Assembly: GCA_963718615.1 (NCBI GenBank)
Contig: OY970368.1
Span: 1-64,000, forward strand
Length of the DNA: 64,000 nucleotides
Source of the DNA: an uncultured cyanobacterium
GTDB taxonomy: Bacteria > Cyanobacteriota > Cyanobacteriia > PCC-9006 > JAAUQQ01
Direction of reading: 5' to 3'
The notes under the pieces are model-generated. The model did not search any database. It worked only from the letters and a program-made list of their open reading frames with translations, and had not been told where the DNA came from. Position 1 is the first letter of the stretch, and every line of letters begins with the position of its first letter. Position numbers and translations under genes: made by a program. Positions 24,602 through 36,600 of this stretch are shown piece by piece.

Positions 24602-25024
24602 AGCGGTGGAAGAAGCAAGGGTCGTAGAAAGGATGATAGTCACAGCGCTAGCAGCTTTGCTCAAGAAAAATCGGTGGACGCATAGCACCCACCGACTCAA
24701 ATAGCGCTGGATTTGACAAGAGCGCTAGGAACCGGTTCGAATCGAGTTCAGCAGCCTGCTGGGTTTGACCCCATGGCGATCGCTGCCCAGCTCAACCGAA
24801 ATATTCCCTAGCCGTTGTCTTCCAGATCCTTACGATTCGGGGTCCGGGAGGGGTCACTAGACAGAAAGCCAAACATGAACAGTAGAACGAAAAAGGCAAC
24901 CGTGATGTAAACCGTGATTTTTAGAGCAACCATATTAAAAATTCTCCGACAGATTTTGGGCGCTCAATTGCCACCCTCTAGCACAGACAGTTCAATCATC
25001 ATACCGAACTTCACGGAGCATGCA

Positions 25025-27028
25025 TCAGTTTGGGCTTTTTCGTTTATGGAAGAGGCTCTGTATCCAGTGCCAGAGGCGACTGAGGGATTGCTCTATCCAA
25101 AGCAAAATTCGGTCTAAGCGCTCTAGAATCCACTCCAGGGGGTGCTTAATATATCCTGTGACGATTGCGGTGGTCTCAATGTAGGACGCTTTCCAGGTTG
25201 GGGTTGTTCCAGCCGCTCGGGTGAGATTGGGCTGGTCTTCTGGTGGCAGTGCCTTCGACTCAGAGGTTCCCACAGCGGCTTCTGTCACAGCGACTCCTGT
25301 CACAGCGGCTCCTGTCACAGCGGTCGTTGCCTTTCCTGGGGAAACAGCAGGGGGTGAAGCTGCTGTGACAGCGAGATTAGCGGGTTTTGCCCCAGAATCT
25401 GCCGGCAAATGTCCGGCTGGCCCAGGTTGAGGAGCCAGGGATTGAGGCGCTAGGGATTGCGGGGAGGGGCGCTGGGTAAAGGGCAAACGAAAAGAAAAAA
25501 GTGTTTTGAAGAACGCAGACCGTTGGGGCGCGGGTTTTGGCGTCAGCGGAGCGGGTTTGGCCTGGGCTGCTTGATCTTGAGCAACTTGATCCTGGGCAAT
25601 GAGGGCTGCGATCGCCACCTCGGTCAAAGGCCCCTGGGTTAATGACTGGGTTACTGACTGGGATAACGGCTGGGAGAGGGATGAATTGGGATTGGCGATC
25701 GCCATCGCAGACACCGTCCCATTGGCGGAATTCTCAGCCTCAAGCACAGCCGAGGACTTGACCGTGACCGCTGGTCCTAGGTTTGCCCTGGCTTCAAGTC
25801 CATTCTCAACAGTCCTCTGATTCCCAACTCCAGCTCCCGCAACTCCATTCCCTAATTGCTCCTCCCCAAATCGCACCCCAAAAAACGCCGCCGCAGAACG
25901 AATGATATTTCCCAGCCAAGTGGGATCGACCTGCTCAAAATAGGTTTCTTCCAAACCATAAAGCGGCGCATCGACCTTCTCTAGGGCAGCGAGGGCAAAG
26001 GCTTGACGTTGTTCTGATGTCCAATCTGGTGTCCAATCGGGAAGGGGAAGTTGAGCCAGTAGCTGCTCAATGCCTGACTCTAAGCCGCCTGACTCCAAGC
26101 CTCCTGACTCCAATAAGCCTGCGGGAGGGAGCTGAGCTTCTTGGAATAAATTGATGCTTTGAGCTACGGGGCTTCGCTGTATCCAACCCATGGTCTGATT
26201 GAACCAGCGGACGACGGGAAAGAGGTGGGGGCGATCGCTACTCGGCGGCGGTAGGGGGTGTTGCGTTTGCTGCTGGCGACGCAGGTAGAGCCGACGGCGA
26301 TAGGCAAAGGCGGCGACTTCCTGGACGATCTGTTGCTGAAGCTGCCACTGCTGCTCTGCTTCTAGATGGACGATGCGGTTTTGGTTATCGACGAGGATGA
26401 GTTCGCGGTTGTCAAGTTGGTTGGCAATGCCCCGGATGTAGGTGGTGAGGCTGGGGGTTGGTTCGGAGGAGGTTGCCGATGCCAATTCTCGGGTAGGAAG
26501 TTCTTTGGCGGGAATAGGAGCGATCGCCTGCTCCCTGGGCTGCAACTCCCTGGACTGCGACTCAAACGTTTCCCATAATTGCGCCGTTGACGGCGAGGAA
26601 GACCTACTCGCTCCAGTAACTTGGGCAATGTCGGCAACTTCGGCAACTTCAGTAACTTCAGTAACTTGGGCAATTTCGGCAACTGGAGCGGGAGGCAATG
26701 GAGCGGTTAGGGCGATCGCCCCCTGGTCTGCCAATCGCTGGGCAACGTTCAAGACTTTCTGAAGTGGACTATCCGCCGCTTCCGCTGGGCCAGCGTTCGA
26801 TGCAGCGGCAAAGTTGGCTTTGGGGCTGGCTCCCCCTGTTCCCATCTGGCGACCCACCACACGAGCGGCCTGAAACGCCACATAGAGGGGATAGAGCACC
26901 ATTTGGGCACCCCAAACGAGGCCCGTACGCACCTGGCGGAAGCCCTTGGCGGCTTGGGACTGGAATTTTTGCGATCGCTCTAACACAAAATTGAGCAATC
27001 GACTCTTGTAGCGACCCGAAGCAGTCAT
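25025..27028 (-). CDS. cyanobacterial hypothetical protein with low-complexity linkers
   Basis: 667-aa ORF with conserved-looking GRYKSRL, IRGIA..L..R.LILVD.QN and GYIKHPLE blocks. Confidence 0.75.
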   Translation of the reverse strand: MTASGRYKSRLLNFVLERSQKFQSQAAKGFRQVRTGLVWGAQMVLYPLYVAFQAARVVGRQMGTGGASPKANFAAASNAGPAEAADSPLQKVLNVAQRLADQGAIALTAPLPPAPVAEIAQVTEVTEVAEVADIAQVTGASRSSSPSTAQLWETFESQSRELQPREQAIAPIPAKELPTRELASATSSEPTPSLTTYIRGIANQLDNRELILVDNQNRIVHLEAEQQWQLQQQIVQEVAAFAYRRRLYLRRQQQTQHPLPPPSSDRPHLFPVVRWFNQTMGWIQRSPVAQSINLFQEAQLPPAGLLESGGLESGGLESGIEQLLAQLPLPDWTPDWTSEQRQAFALAALEKVDAPLYGLEETYFEQVDPTWLGNIIRSAAAFFGVRFGEEQLGNGVAGAGVGNQRTVENGLEARANLGPAVTVKSSAVLEAENSANGTVSAMAIANPNSSLSQPLSQSVTQSLTQGPLTEVAIAALIAQDQVAQDQAAQAKPAPLTPKPAPQRSAFFKTLFSFRLPFTQRPSPQSLAPQSLAPQPGPAGHLPADSGAKPANLAVTAASPPAVSPGKATTAVTGAAVTGVAVTEAAVGTSESKALPPEDQPNLTRAAGTTPTWKASYIETTAIVTGYIKHPLEWILERLDRILLWIEQSLSRLWHWIQSLFHKRKSPN

Positions 27029-27107
27029 GGTGTGATCCTCACCGCCGCGATGATGCCAAAATTGTAACGCTGCGCCTTCCCTCTTCTCAGCTCTCTACCA
27101 ATTCTCT

Positions 27108-30100
27108 ATGGTTGCAACCGCTCTCCCGGCCCTTGCCTGTGCCGATCTGTGCCAACGTCTGCGGGCTTTTAGCCAAGTTAATCTTCAGGCACAGTGGCGG
27201 GTCTATCGGGATGATTTGCCCATCGCTCAGGCGGTGCAGCCAGACACCTGGAAAACCTGGGAAATCCCGCCGCTCAACGATCGCCAACACATTGCCTGGG
27301 ACGCGGGAAAGCAAGTCCTCTGGCTGGGCCAAGTTTTCACGGTGCCCGCGAATCTCCAGGGCTACACCGTCCTCGACCATCAGATTCGCTTGGACCTGAC
27401 CTGGTGGGCTGACCATGCGCAAATTTTTGTAAACGGGGTGTTGGTCCAGGAAGGCGATCTATTTGATTGCGTGACGAAGTTGCGGTTGGCAGACCGGGCG
27501 GTGCCGGGGGAGGTGTGGGCGATCGCCCTCCGTCTCACCAGCCCAGGACATGATCGGGGAGCCTTGGTGTTGTCCCAAATTCGGTTTGAGGCGATTGGCT
27601 TAGGCGATCGCGATTGTCCCGAACCTGGTTTTGTGGCTGATGAATTGATGGTATTGGGGCGCTATTTGCAAGGCTTTAAGCCCGAAGCCATGGGGGAATT
27701 TGAGGCGGCGTTGGAGCCTTTGCAGGGGCTTGAATCTGGGCTTGGATCTGGGCTTGGATCTGGGCTTGAATCTGGGGAACAGATTGTTGCGGTGTTGCGA
27801 GCGGTGCGCGATCGCCTCCTCCCCTTCTCCCCCTTCCTCAAACAGCGGCAAGTCTCCCTCCTTGGCCATGCCCACCTCGATATGGCTTGGCTCTGGCCTG
27901 TGGCAGACACTTGGGAAGCGGCGGAGCGAACGTTTGTATCCGCGTTGCAATTGCAAGAGGACTATCCCGAACTGATCTTTGGTCACTCTAGCCCAGCCCT
28001 TTACGCTTGGTTGCAGGTGCATCGTCCTGAGCTCTGGCAGCGAGTTAAAACTGCAATTAATCAAAACCAATGGGAAGTGATTGCAGGGCTTTGGATTGAG
28101 CCAGACTGCATTGTGCCCAACGGCGAGTCGTTGATCCGGCAAGTGCTTTACGGCCAGCGCTATGTTGAACAGCAACTTGGCGTCAAAAACCGCATCGCTT
28201 GGCTTCCGGATTCCTTTGGCTTCTGCAACCAACTGCCGCAAATTCTCACCCAGGGGGGCATTAACTACTTTGTCACCGAGAAACTGCTGTGGAACGACAC
28301 AACGGAGTTTCCCTATCAACTTTTTGAATGGCAATCCCCCGACGGCACCCGCATCACCAGCTATATGTCCGCCCGGATTGGCACCCAAATTGACCCCGTT
28401 CAGATGGCAGAATATGCCTGCCAGTGGGAGCAAAGTACAGGAATTGCAGAATCTCTTTGGTTGCCGGGGGTCGGGGATCATGGCGGTGGACCGACACGAG
28501 AAATGCTGGAGACGGCGGCACGGTGGGGGCGATCGCCCTTTTTCCCTCGCCTTGAATTTGCCAAAGCCCATGATTATTTGGATCGAGTTAGAAATACATC
28601 GGGGTTACCGGTTTGGAATCAGGATTTATATTTGGAATACCATCGCGGTTGTTATACCACCCACGCCGATCAAAAACGCTATAATCGACGGGCTGAAGCA
28701 TTGCTTTATCAGGCAGAATTATTTGCATCGCTGGCAACGATCGCAACGGGTGCTTCCTATCCCAAACAATCTTTAGAAACCCTTTGGAAGACGGTCCTGT
28801 TTAACCAGTTTCACGACATCTTGCCAGGTTCTTCGATCGCCGAGGTGTTTGTGGATGCCAATCGGGATTGGGAGGTTGTGATGATCGAGGGGCAAGGAAT
28901 TTTGGAGCGTGCGCTGGGGGCGATCGCCCAGCACATTCAACTCCCTAATCCACCCCTTTCTGAGGCAATTCCCTTCATGGTTTTCAATCCATTGAATTGG
29001 GAGCGTTCAGAGATTCTTGAGATAGAGATTGGAGCAGAAATCTTTGGAAAAGAGGTCATTGGAGAAGAGTTAAAAGATTGGGAGGTTTGCGATCGCAATG
29101 GTCAACCCCTCTCCACACAACCTACAAAGCGCGGCACCCGATTGATCGACAATTACACCATTGCCGGCGTCGGCTATGAAACCTTTTGGTTAACCCCCCG
29201 TAGGGACGAACTGCGTTCGTCCAATGCAGGGTTGATGGATTGGGGCAGGACGAACGGCGGTTTGTCCCTACGGAATGGGATTTTGCGGGTGGAGATTGAT
29301 TTAGAAACGGGGGATTTAATTAGCGTTTTTTCTGAAATTCTCGATCGCGAACTGCTCAGTGCTCCTGGCAACCAGCTCCAAGCCTTCCGCGACCAGGGCC
29401 AATATTGGGATGCCTGGAACATTGACCCAGATTACGCCAATCATCCCTTAGCTGGCAGCGAATTAATCAGCATTGAACCTATTGAACAGGGACCTCTCGA
29501 ATGGCGTACACGGATAATCCGTCGCATCAGCAACTCCATCTGCAAACACGACTATATCCTGCACAAAAATTCAGACACACTGGTGATCGAAACCGAAATT
29601 GACTGGCAAGCAGATCAGGTGCTGCTCAAAACAGCATTTCCGCTAGCCCTAGAAGCCAGCAACGCTACTTACGAAACGCCCTGCGGTACGATTTGCCGGA
29701 CCACTAAACCCCAAACTGATGCGGAGAGGGCTCAGTGGGAAGTCCCCGCCCTGCGCTGGGCCAATTTAACCGATGATTCTGGCGCATGGGGGGTGAGTTT
29801 GCTCAATGATTGTAAGTATGGCTATGACGCTCAGCCTAATCAACTGCGGTTGACCCTGTTGCGATCGAGCAATTGGCCCGAAGTGGGGTGCGATCGCGGC
29901 CTGCAAAAAATGACCTACGCCCTCCACGCGCACAGCGGTACCGTCAACCATAGTCAAACCGTCGAGCGGGGCTACGAATTACAAATACCCTTACAAATCC
30001 ATGTCCCATCCTCTGCGTCTGAGGTAAGAACGCTCTCTAGCCAAGGCACTTTGCTCAATCTCGGCTCCAATAGCCTTGTTCTCTCTGCGCTGAAACAATC

Positions 30101-30389
30101 GGAAGATCATCCTAATCAATGGATTGCCCGATGTTATGAAGCCAAAGGACAAGTCGTAACGCTCAGGTTGTCCAGCGATTTGGGGATACAAGCCCAAGAA
30201 CAACGAGACGGCCTGGAGGAGAAGATGGCGGACGAGAACGCGATCGCTCGATTCGCTCCTGAGGTTTCCCCATGGGAGATTCTCACGTTTAGTTGGGAAG
30301 ACTACGGTGTCGGTGAGGGCAACGGCGAAGCAGAAGTGGGTGGGTACCCGAAAGTTGTAGAAGGCTTTGCCGGAGGCATTGGGATCTAG
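27108..30389 (+). CDS. alpha-mannosidase, GH38
   Basis: GHAHLDMAWLW, WLPDSFG, GVGDHGGGPT, LYLEYHRG, NQFHDILPGS and LNDCKYG motifs. Confidence 0.95.
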   Translation: MVATALPALACADLCQRLRAFSQVNLQAQWRVYRDDLPIAQAVQPDTWKTWEIPPLNDRQHIAWDAGKQVLWLGQVFTVPANLQGYTVLDHQIRLDLTWWADHAQIFVNGVLVQEGDLFDCVTKLRLADRAVPGEVWAIALRLTSPGHDRGALVLSQIRFEAIGLGDRDCPEPGFVADELMVLGRYLQGFKPEAMGEFEAALEPLQGLESGLGSGLGSGLESGEQIVAVLRAVRDRLLPFSPFLKQRQVSLLGHAHLDMAWLWPVADTWEAAERTFVSALQLQEDYPELIFGHSSPALYAWLQVHRPELWQRVKTAINQNQWEVIAGLWIEPDCIVPNGESLIRQVLYGQRYVEQQLGVKNRIAWLPDSFGFCNQLPQILTQGGINYFVTEKLLWNDTTEFPYQLFEWQSPDGTRITSYMSARIGTQIDPVQMAEYACQWEQSTGIAESLWLPGVGDHGGGPTREMLETAARWGRSPFFPRLEFAKAHDYLDRVRNTSGLPVWNQDLYLEYHRGCYTTHADQKRYNRRAEALLYQAELFASLATIATGASYPKQSLETLWKTVLFNQFHDILPGSSIAEVFVDANRDWEVVMIEGQGILERALGAIAQHIQLPNPPLSEAIPFMVFNPLNWERSEILEIEIGAEIFGKEVIGEELKDWEVCDRNGQPLSTQPTKRGTRLIDNYTIAGVGYETFWLTPRRDELRSSNAGLMDWGRTNGGLSLRNGILRVEIDLETGDLISVFSEILDRELLSAPGNQLQAFRDQGQYWDAWNIDPDYANHPLAGSELISIEPIEQGPLEWRTRIIRRISNSICKHDYILHKNSDTLVIETEIDWQADQVLLKTAFPLALEASNATYETPCGTICRTTKPQTDAERAQWEVPALRWANLTDDSGAWGVSLLNDCKYGYDAQPNQLRLTLLRSSNWPEVGCDRGLQKMTYALHAHSGTVNHSQTVERGYELQIPLQIHVPSSASEVRTLSSQGTLLNLGSNSLVLSALKQSEDHPNQWIARCYEAKGQVVTLRLSSDLGIQAQEQRDGLEEKMADENAIARFAPEVSPWEILTFSWEDYGVGEGNGEAEVGGYPKVVEGFAGGIGI

Positions 30390-31024
30390 GTCGGATTTGG
30401 CGATGCGAAGGCATTGGGCAGCGTAGTTTTGCAGGATTGGAGAACAGGGATCGCGCATGACTTTAATCGAGAGAATAATCGGATTTCATAGATGAGCTGT
30501 GTGAGCAACATCTGGTTTTGTCGTGGCACTGTGGAGAATCGTGCAGAGATAGTCATTGTCCATAGAAGCCCTGTATCGCTTGAGTTTGAGTGACTTTTGG
30601 AAGCTCTTCTCCTGGGATAATAGGTTGAGCGCTAAACGCCTCAGCAACGAGAAGTTGCGCGGACGGTTTCCCTTGCGAATGCGCGAGGCATCCTCGCGAA
30701 AAACCACATCCAACACCCAGTGAAGCTGGTTCTCAATCCCCCAGTGGGAACGAATCGCTCTTGCCAAGACTGAGGCTTGCGCCTCGCAGCTTGTGAGGTA
30801 AAAGTGAACCTCACGGGTCGTTTTGTTCCACAGCACTCGTTCGCGGCGTACTACCACGATGCTGGCGAGTCCTTCCCACTCGCCCAGTTCAGGCCAATCG
30901 GGCAACTCGCTGATGTCGATCGCCCAGACTTGGCGGGTCTCATCGCGCCCATGAAGTGAAGTGACCCCCAAAACCTGAACAGAAGCGAGAGAGAGTAAGC
31001 TAAAGTCTAGGAGGCAAAAGGGTC

Positions 31025-31327
31025 ATGGCAAAAAGACAGAGAAATTACAGCAGCGAGTTCAAGGCCAAGGTGGTACTGGAAATGGTCAGCGGCCAGCGGT
31101 CGCCGACGGAGGCAAGTCGAGCTCATAAGGTCCATCTATCAGTGCTATGCCGGTGGAAGAATGAATTTCTCAAGCAGGCCCATCGAGCATTTGAAGGGAA
31201 AGAATCAAATGACGAAGCCTCAGAGAGAATAAGCGAATTAGAAAGAATGATAGGTCGATTGACAATGGAGCTAGAAGTGTCAAAAAAAGCTTCGGATGTG
31301 TGGAACCTGAGCGGAAACGGAAAATGA
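31025..31327 (+). CDS. IS3 OrfA
   Basis: RNYSSEFKAKVVLE HTH and leucine zipper; slippery A7G at 31282-31289. Confidence 0.9.
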   Translation: MAKRQRNYSSEFKAKVVLEMVSGQRSPTEASRAHKVHLSVLCRWKNEFLKQAHRAFEGKESNDEASERISELERMIGRLTMELEVSKKASDVWNLSGNGK

Positions 31328-32169
31328 TAGAGGAGTTCAAGGAAGACTATCCCATTCAAATTATTTGCGATGTGATTGGATACAGTCGAAGCCGATATTA
31401 CTACAAGCCGAATTCAGAGAAAGAAGATGAAGACGAAAAGCTCAGAGTAGCGATTATCGAAGTTGCAGGAAGATATCCGACTTACGGTTACAGACGGATA
31501 ACGAAACAACTTCAGCGAGAAGGATGGAGTGTCAACCATAAGCGAGTGAGTCGTCTGATGAGGCAGTTAGGTCTACTAGCTCAAAAGCGGGTGAGGCGGA
31601 AGCGAACGACGAACAGTGTGCATGGCTATCGGCGTTATCCAAATCTGGAGAAAGGGCTGTTGGTAATGCGTCCTGAGCAGGTGTGGGTGGCGGACATCAC
31701 CTATATCCGCTTGAAGGAGGAGTTTGTCTATCTGGCAGTGGTGATGGATGTATTCACCCGCAGTATACGAGGATGGCACCTGGATAAGACAATGGAGAAG
31801 AGCTTGACGATAACAGCACTGGAGAAGGGATTGATGAAAGCAATTCCCGAGATACATCATTCAGATCAAGGGGTGCAATATGCAGCGAATGACTATGTAA
31901 AAATGTTGGAAGAACACAACGTTAAGATTAGTATGGCAGCAGTCGGGAAAGCCTGGGAGAATGGATATGCGGAAAGATTAATGAGGACGATCAAAGAAGA
32001 AGAAGTAGACCTATCAGAATACCGAAACTTTAGTGAGGTCTATGAGCGAATAGAAGAGTTTCTAGAGGAAGTGTATATGAAGAAAAGAATCCACTCGTCA
32101 TTGAGCTATTTGACACCGGCTGAATTTGAAGAAAAGTGGATGCGCGGGCAACAGAATGCAGAAGTGTGA
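31300..32169 (+). CDS. IS3 OrfB DDE transposase (-1 frame)
   Basis: YGYRRI, WVADITYI, HHSDQG.QY, ENGYAER and HSSL.YLTP. Confidence 0.93.
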   Translation: MEPERKRKMIEEFKEDYPIQIICDVIGYSRSRYYYKPNSEKEDEDEKLRVAIIEVAGRYPTYGYRRITKQLQREGWSVNHKRVSRLMRQLGLLAQKRVRRKRTTNSVHGYRRYPNLEKGLLVMRPEQVWVADITYIRLKEEFVYLAVVMDVFTRSIRGWHLDKTMEKSLTITALEKGLMKAIPEIHHSDQGVQYAANDYVKMLEEHNVKISMAAVGKAWENGYAERLMRTIKEEEVDLSEYRNFSEVYERIEEFLEEVYMKKRIHSSLSYLTPAEFEEKWMRGQQNAEV

Positions 32170-33606
32170 TAAAAGTAAAATAACTCTCGCTTAGGCCAGA
32201 TCTTTCTGTCCAAAGGAAGGGGTTCACTTCAAAGCGTTTCCTGACTTTGGGCAAAGTCGAATTCGATTCCCTCCCACTGGTTCGCCTCTGCGGCCTCGAC
32301 CCAGTCTTTGACCAAGCCGTAGAGATTCGCGTGATTGGCCTTGAGCGTTAGGACATAGTCTGCCCCCTTGCCCCGAATCTGCTTGGCAATCGCCTTTTGA
32401 GTCCCCATCGCATCAATCGTTACGATACAACCGTCCAGGGCGAGCATGTCCAGCAGCTTCGGAATCGCCGTGATCTCATTCGACTTTCTGTCCACCGGCA
32501 TTTGACCGAGCACCAAACGATGCTCGCTGGCCCAGGCACTGACTTGATGCAGCGCTTTGAGCCTCTGGTTGCGGTCATAGGAGCCCCGTTGCGTTTTGCC
32601 ATCCAAGGCAATCAGCTTGGCACTTCCCCCGTAGCTCACCAGCAGCTCCTGCACCCATTGCCGGAATCCCCGCTCGAAGGCGTCCGCATCAAGATGCTCA
32701 AACACCCGCTCAATCGTATCGTGGGACGGAATACCGAACGGTAAGTCCAGAAAGCTTTCCAGCCACTTTTGTTTGCTACGTCCGTACACTTCTATCTCCT
32801 CCCAGTGCTCCGCCCCGCACAACACTGCCAACAGCGAGATTCCGATAATTGATAGCAGAGGATGCCAGTAACGCCTATCACGCCTGGGGTCTTTGAGTCC
32901 CTCGAATGCTTTCAGCCAGCCGCCCGGCGGCTGGCAACCTTCCCAAGACGGCTCTTTCCTAGCGGCCTGGAATCCTTCTGGCTTGACGCCAGCAACTTTG
33001 GGGGGATTCAGCATCTGCAAGTACCTATAGGCTTTACTCTCTCAGCTTTCCCTCTCTGACTCTCTCATCTTTTTCTCTCTGCTAAAGTGATGCGTTCGCC
33101 CTGGATTGGAGAAGTGAGGTTGGCGAATTCGGCGAAGTGGAAATGGGCTTCGCCGCGCATTCCGAGGCCGGGTTTGAAGTTGATAATTTTGGCGATCCTT
33201 CGGAGCTTGGCGAAGCCAATCGCATTAAAGTTCCGACCGGCTTGGATGATGGCTTGGATGGCGTTGTCATTGAGGGTGGAGTAGTGGCGATCGCCTATCT
33301 GAATATTCTGGCCTTGGCCGATGTAGATGTTGTATTTGCCGTCGAGTTGCTGGACGGTTTCGGGGCTGCGGCTGAGGTATTGACGTAGGATGGCTAGGTC
33401 GGTCGGGGTTGGGTTTCCGGTTTCGATGCGTTGCAAGATTTGCTTGAGTCCATCGGGGAGGAGCATCGGATTTTGGGGCTGCTGGGAATAAGGTTTCTGG
33501 TTTGAGTTTTATTGTAGTTTGGGTGCTGATTATTACGCTGTTGGGGGGGGGTGAGGCATACTGAAGGCAGTTCAGATTTGCCCTCCTTAAATTTTTCTGA
33601 AGCCCT

Positions 33607-36600
33607 ATGGCGACGCCGGATGAGCTATTGCTTTTGGTAGACCGCATTCTCAGCATGGTTGGGGATGAGGGAATTGAGTTGGAGCGGTTGCAACGGATGG
33701 AGGGTGGGCAGGGGGTGATTCAGTATGTTGTCCAGATTGGGAAGTACAACACGAATGTGGGGCAGGGTGAGGGGATTGAGATTGGCGATCGCCTGGATCG
33801 CTCAATTCTAGAAGAAATTCGAGATTTGTTGCGATCTCAACTCGCTCCACCACCAACCGAAATTGACTGGCAGCAGGTGAGCCGATCGCTCCTCAATCAG
33901 CAAATCCAGCGCCTGACCACGAACCCGCTGACCCATGCCGAGGGCATTGCCTATCGGACAGAGCAGGTGTACGTGCCGCTGGGGTTGGTGGAGCGCAAGC
34001 AGGTGTCGCGTCGCCGGGAGGATGTGTCGCCGGAGCAAGGCTCGTTGCTGTATGAGGAGACGGAGATTATCCAGAAGTTTGAGCAGGGGACGTTTCTGGA
34101 GCAGGTGTTGCGGCAGGGGCAGAGTCCTCGGAGTGGGGGGCGACGGATTGCGGTGATTGGGGAGCCGGGAGCGGGGAAGACGACGCTGTTGCAGCAGATG
34201 GCCCGGTGGGTGGCGGAAAATATTGAGGGGGCGATGGCAATTTGGGTGTCGTTGGCAGATTTGCAGGGGCGATCGCTGGAGGATTATCTGCTGGAGCAGT
34301 GGTTGCCAGCAGCGGTGCAGCAGCAGGGACGGGCGGAGGCTTCGACCCAGGTAAAGGATGCATTGGTGGCGCAGTTTCGGGCGGGGCGGGTGTGGCTGTT
34401 GCTGGATGGGGTGGATGAAATGCCGGTGGCGGCGGGCAATCCGTTGAGTGAGATGGAGCGGCAGGTGCGGTTGGGGGGCTTATTGGCGCAGGCGCGGATC
34501 GTGTTGACTTGTCGGTTGAATCTATGGGATGGCGATCGGCATGCGCTGGATACGTTTGATGTGTATCGGACGTTGGAGTTTGCTTATCCGGGGCAAGTGG
34601 AGCAGTTTGTGGAGCAGTGGTTTGGGGCGTTGCCAGAGGCGCAAGTGGGGCAGGCGGAGAAGCTGTGTGAGGCGTTGCGGCAACCGGGGAAGGAACGGCT
34701 GCTGGATTTAGTGAAGAATCCGCTGCGGTTGACGCTGTTGTGTTTCAACTGGTATTTGGGGGAGGGGACGCTGCCGGAGACGAAGGCGGGATTGTATGAG
34801 CAGTTTGTGGCGGATTTCTATGAGTGGAAGCGTGAGCGGTTTCCGACGACAGCGGCGCAGCGGCGGCGGTTGAATGCGGCGTTGGGGGAGTTGGCGCGGG
34901 AGGCGATCGACAAGGAGGAAACGCGGTTTCGGCTACGGCATGACTTTGTGTGTGAGTTTTTGGGTGAGCCGGATGAACCTGATTCGTTGTTTCAGATAGC
35001 GTTGCGGTTGGGCTGGCTGAATCAAATCGGAGTGGATGAAGAAAATCGGCGAAAGGCGGTGTATGCGTTTTTTCATCCTACGTTTCAGGAGTATTTTGCG
35101 GCGTTAGCTATCAGGAATTGGGATTTTTTCCTGCCCTATGAACACAATAACGTCTCTCCCAAACCCATAGAAGGTAAAGACTATAGGATATTCGATACCA
35201 ACTGGCAAGAAACTATTCTAATGTGGAGCGGAAAATCACAGGAGTACGACAATAGAAGGGCATTTATCAAAGCTCTGATTGATTTTCAAGGCGGATGTAG
35301 CAATTTTTACTCCTACAGGGCATATTTCTTGGCTGCAATTGTTGCATCACAGATCGGCGAGCAAGAGTTATCCAAAGAAACTATAATAAATTTGATCGAT
35401 TTGAGCTTCTTCACTAGATTTGAGCCAACAGCAGATGCTGATAAATACTGGCTGCATTGTCCAGTTCAAGAACAAGCAAAAGAAATACTGCAATTCACGA
35501 AGCGGAGTATTGCGATTGACGAACTAATTCAAGCAATAGACATAACAAGCAATTTATATAAACAGAATGACCTGGCTGAATTGATGGGTAAAATCAGCCT
35601 GAAACATCCCAGAGCCATTGAATTTTTAACTCAATTAATGAATCGCTCTGAACATAAATTTTCCACTGTGGATATAGCAAAGAGTCTATGGCTTGTCGAT
35701 CCAGGAAATCTCAACGCAGTCAATAAATTTATTGACTTGCTCAGCCCTGAAGAAGAAAACATGGTGTCAAGCCGCGCTGCTCAGGTAGTAGCGAGTAATA
35801 ATATTCAATCTCCTGGAATTATTTCTGCTTTAATTAACTTGGCCAAAAAAGACGGAAATGACTTCACCCTCAGTTCACAAGAAGTTTTGAGAGGATTAGA
35901 GAAATTTGGAATCCGTAATAGATCTATAATTGACACTGTGATTAATTTAATTGATATAGCTAAAATTGATAAAAGTCATGAAAATCAGCGCGCCCTAATT
36001 CGAACTCTTGGAGAAATTGGATTGGAAGATTTAAAGGCATTGAGCTATCTAATCAATCTACTGGATAAAGTTGATGATGAACCTTCTCGGTGGTTGATTG
36101 CTGACAGCATCGGAAGAATCGGCAATAAAAGTCCGAAAACAATCTCTATTTTAACTAATTTAACTTCTGAATGCGAGCATGAATGGACTCGCCAACAAGC
36201 GGCTGAAAGCCTTCTGAAAATTGTGCCCGATCATCCTGACGCATTGAATTTACTTGTAGATTTATTATATGTTACAAAGAATTGGCGGACTCAGCATCGA
36301 ATAATCCGAAGCTTAGAGAAAGTAGGTTGCGGAAAGAGATTGGCAATTGAAAATCTAATTAGATTTGTTGACCAACAGTTCGATCAACGTAGTTGCAATG
36401 AACATTGTCTTTATATTTGCGAACAAGCTGCTGAAGTTCTAGGAAAAATAGATCCTGGCAATGAGAAAGCTACTCACATTTTGATTGAACTACTCAATAA
36501 TGAGGATAATAAACCAGGCACTAACAGAAATATCATTTGGAAACTGGGAGATATTGGAAAAGGCAATATCAAAGCAGTCGAAGCTTTAACTCATTTTTTT

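Larger units (their letters stand above)
30957..32231 (+). mobile_element. IS3-family insertion sequence, 1275 bp
   Basis: TG...CA ends, IRs TGAAGTGACCCC and TGAAGTGAACCC, 3-bp TSD AAG (30954-30956 and 32232-32234). Confidence 0.93.
30486..33020 (-). pseudogene. ISAs1 transposase split by IS3
   Basis: GIPSHDT, IALDGK, KSNEITAIP, TIDAMG, HGR.E.R and RSHWGIEN.LHW.LDV; QETL|HGRDETR rejoins in frame once the IS3 and one TSD copy are removed. Confidence 0.92.
30445..33103 (-). mobile_element. ISAs1-family insertion sequence (contains a nested IS3)
   Basis: IRs CAGGGATCGCGCATGACTTTA and CAGGGCGAACGCATCACTTTA (16/21 match); 10-bp TSD GATTGGAGAA at 30435-30444 and 33104-33113. Confidence 0.93.
30300..33466 (-). 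pseudogene. EAD10-like N-terminal domain protein interrupted by ISAs1
   Basis: Removing 30445-33113 joins ...ANLTSPI to LQNYAAQCLRIAK... in frame. The N-terminus carries GKYNIYIGQGQNIQIGDR. The 3' end is uncertain. Confidence 0.75.
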
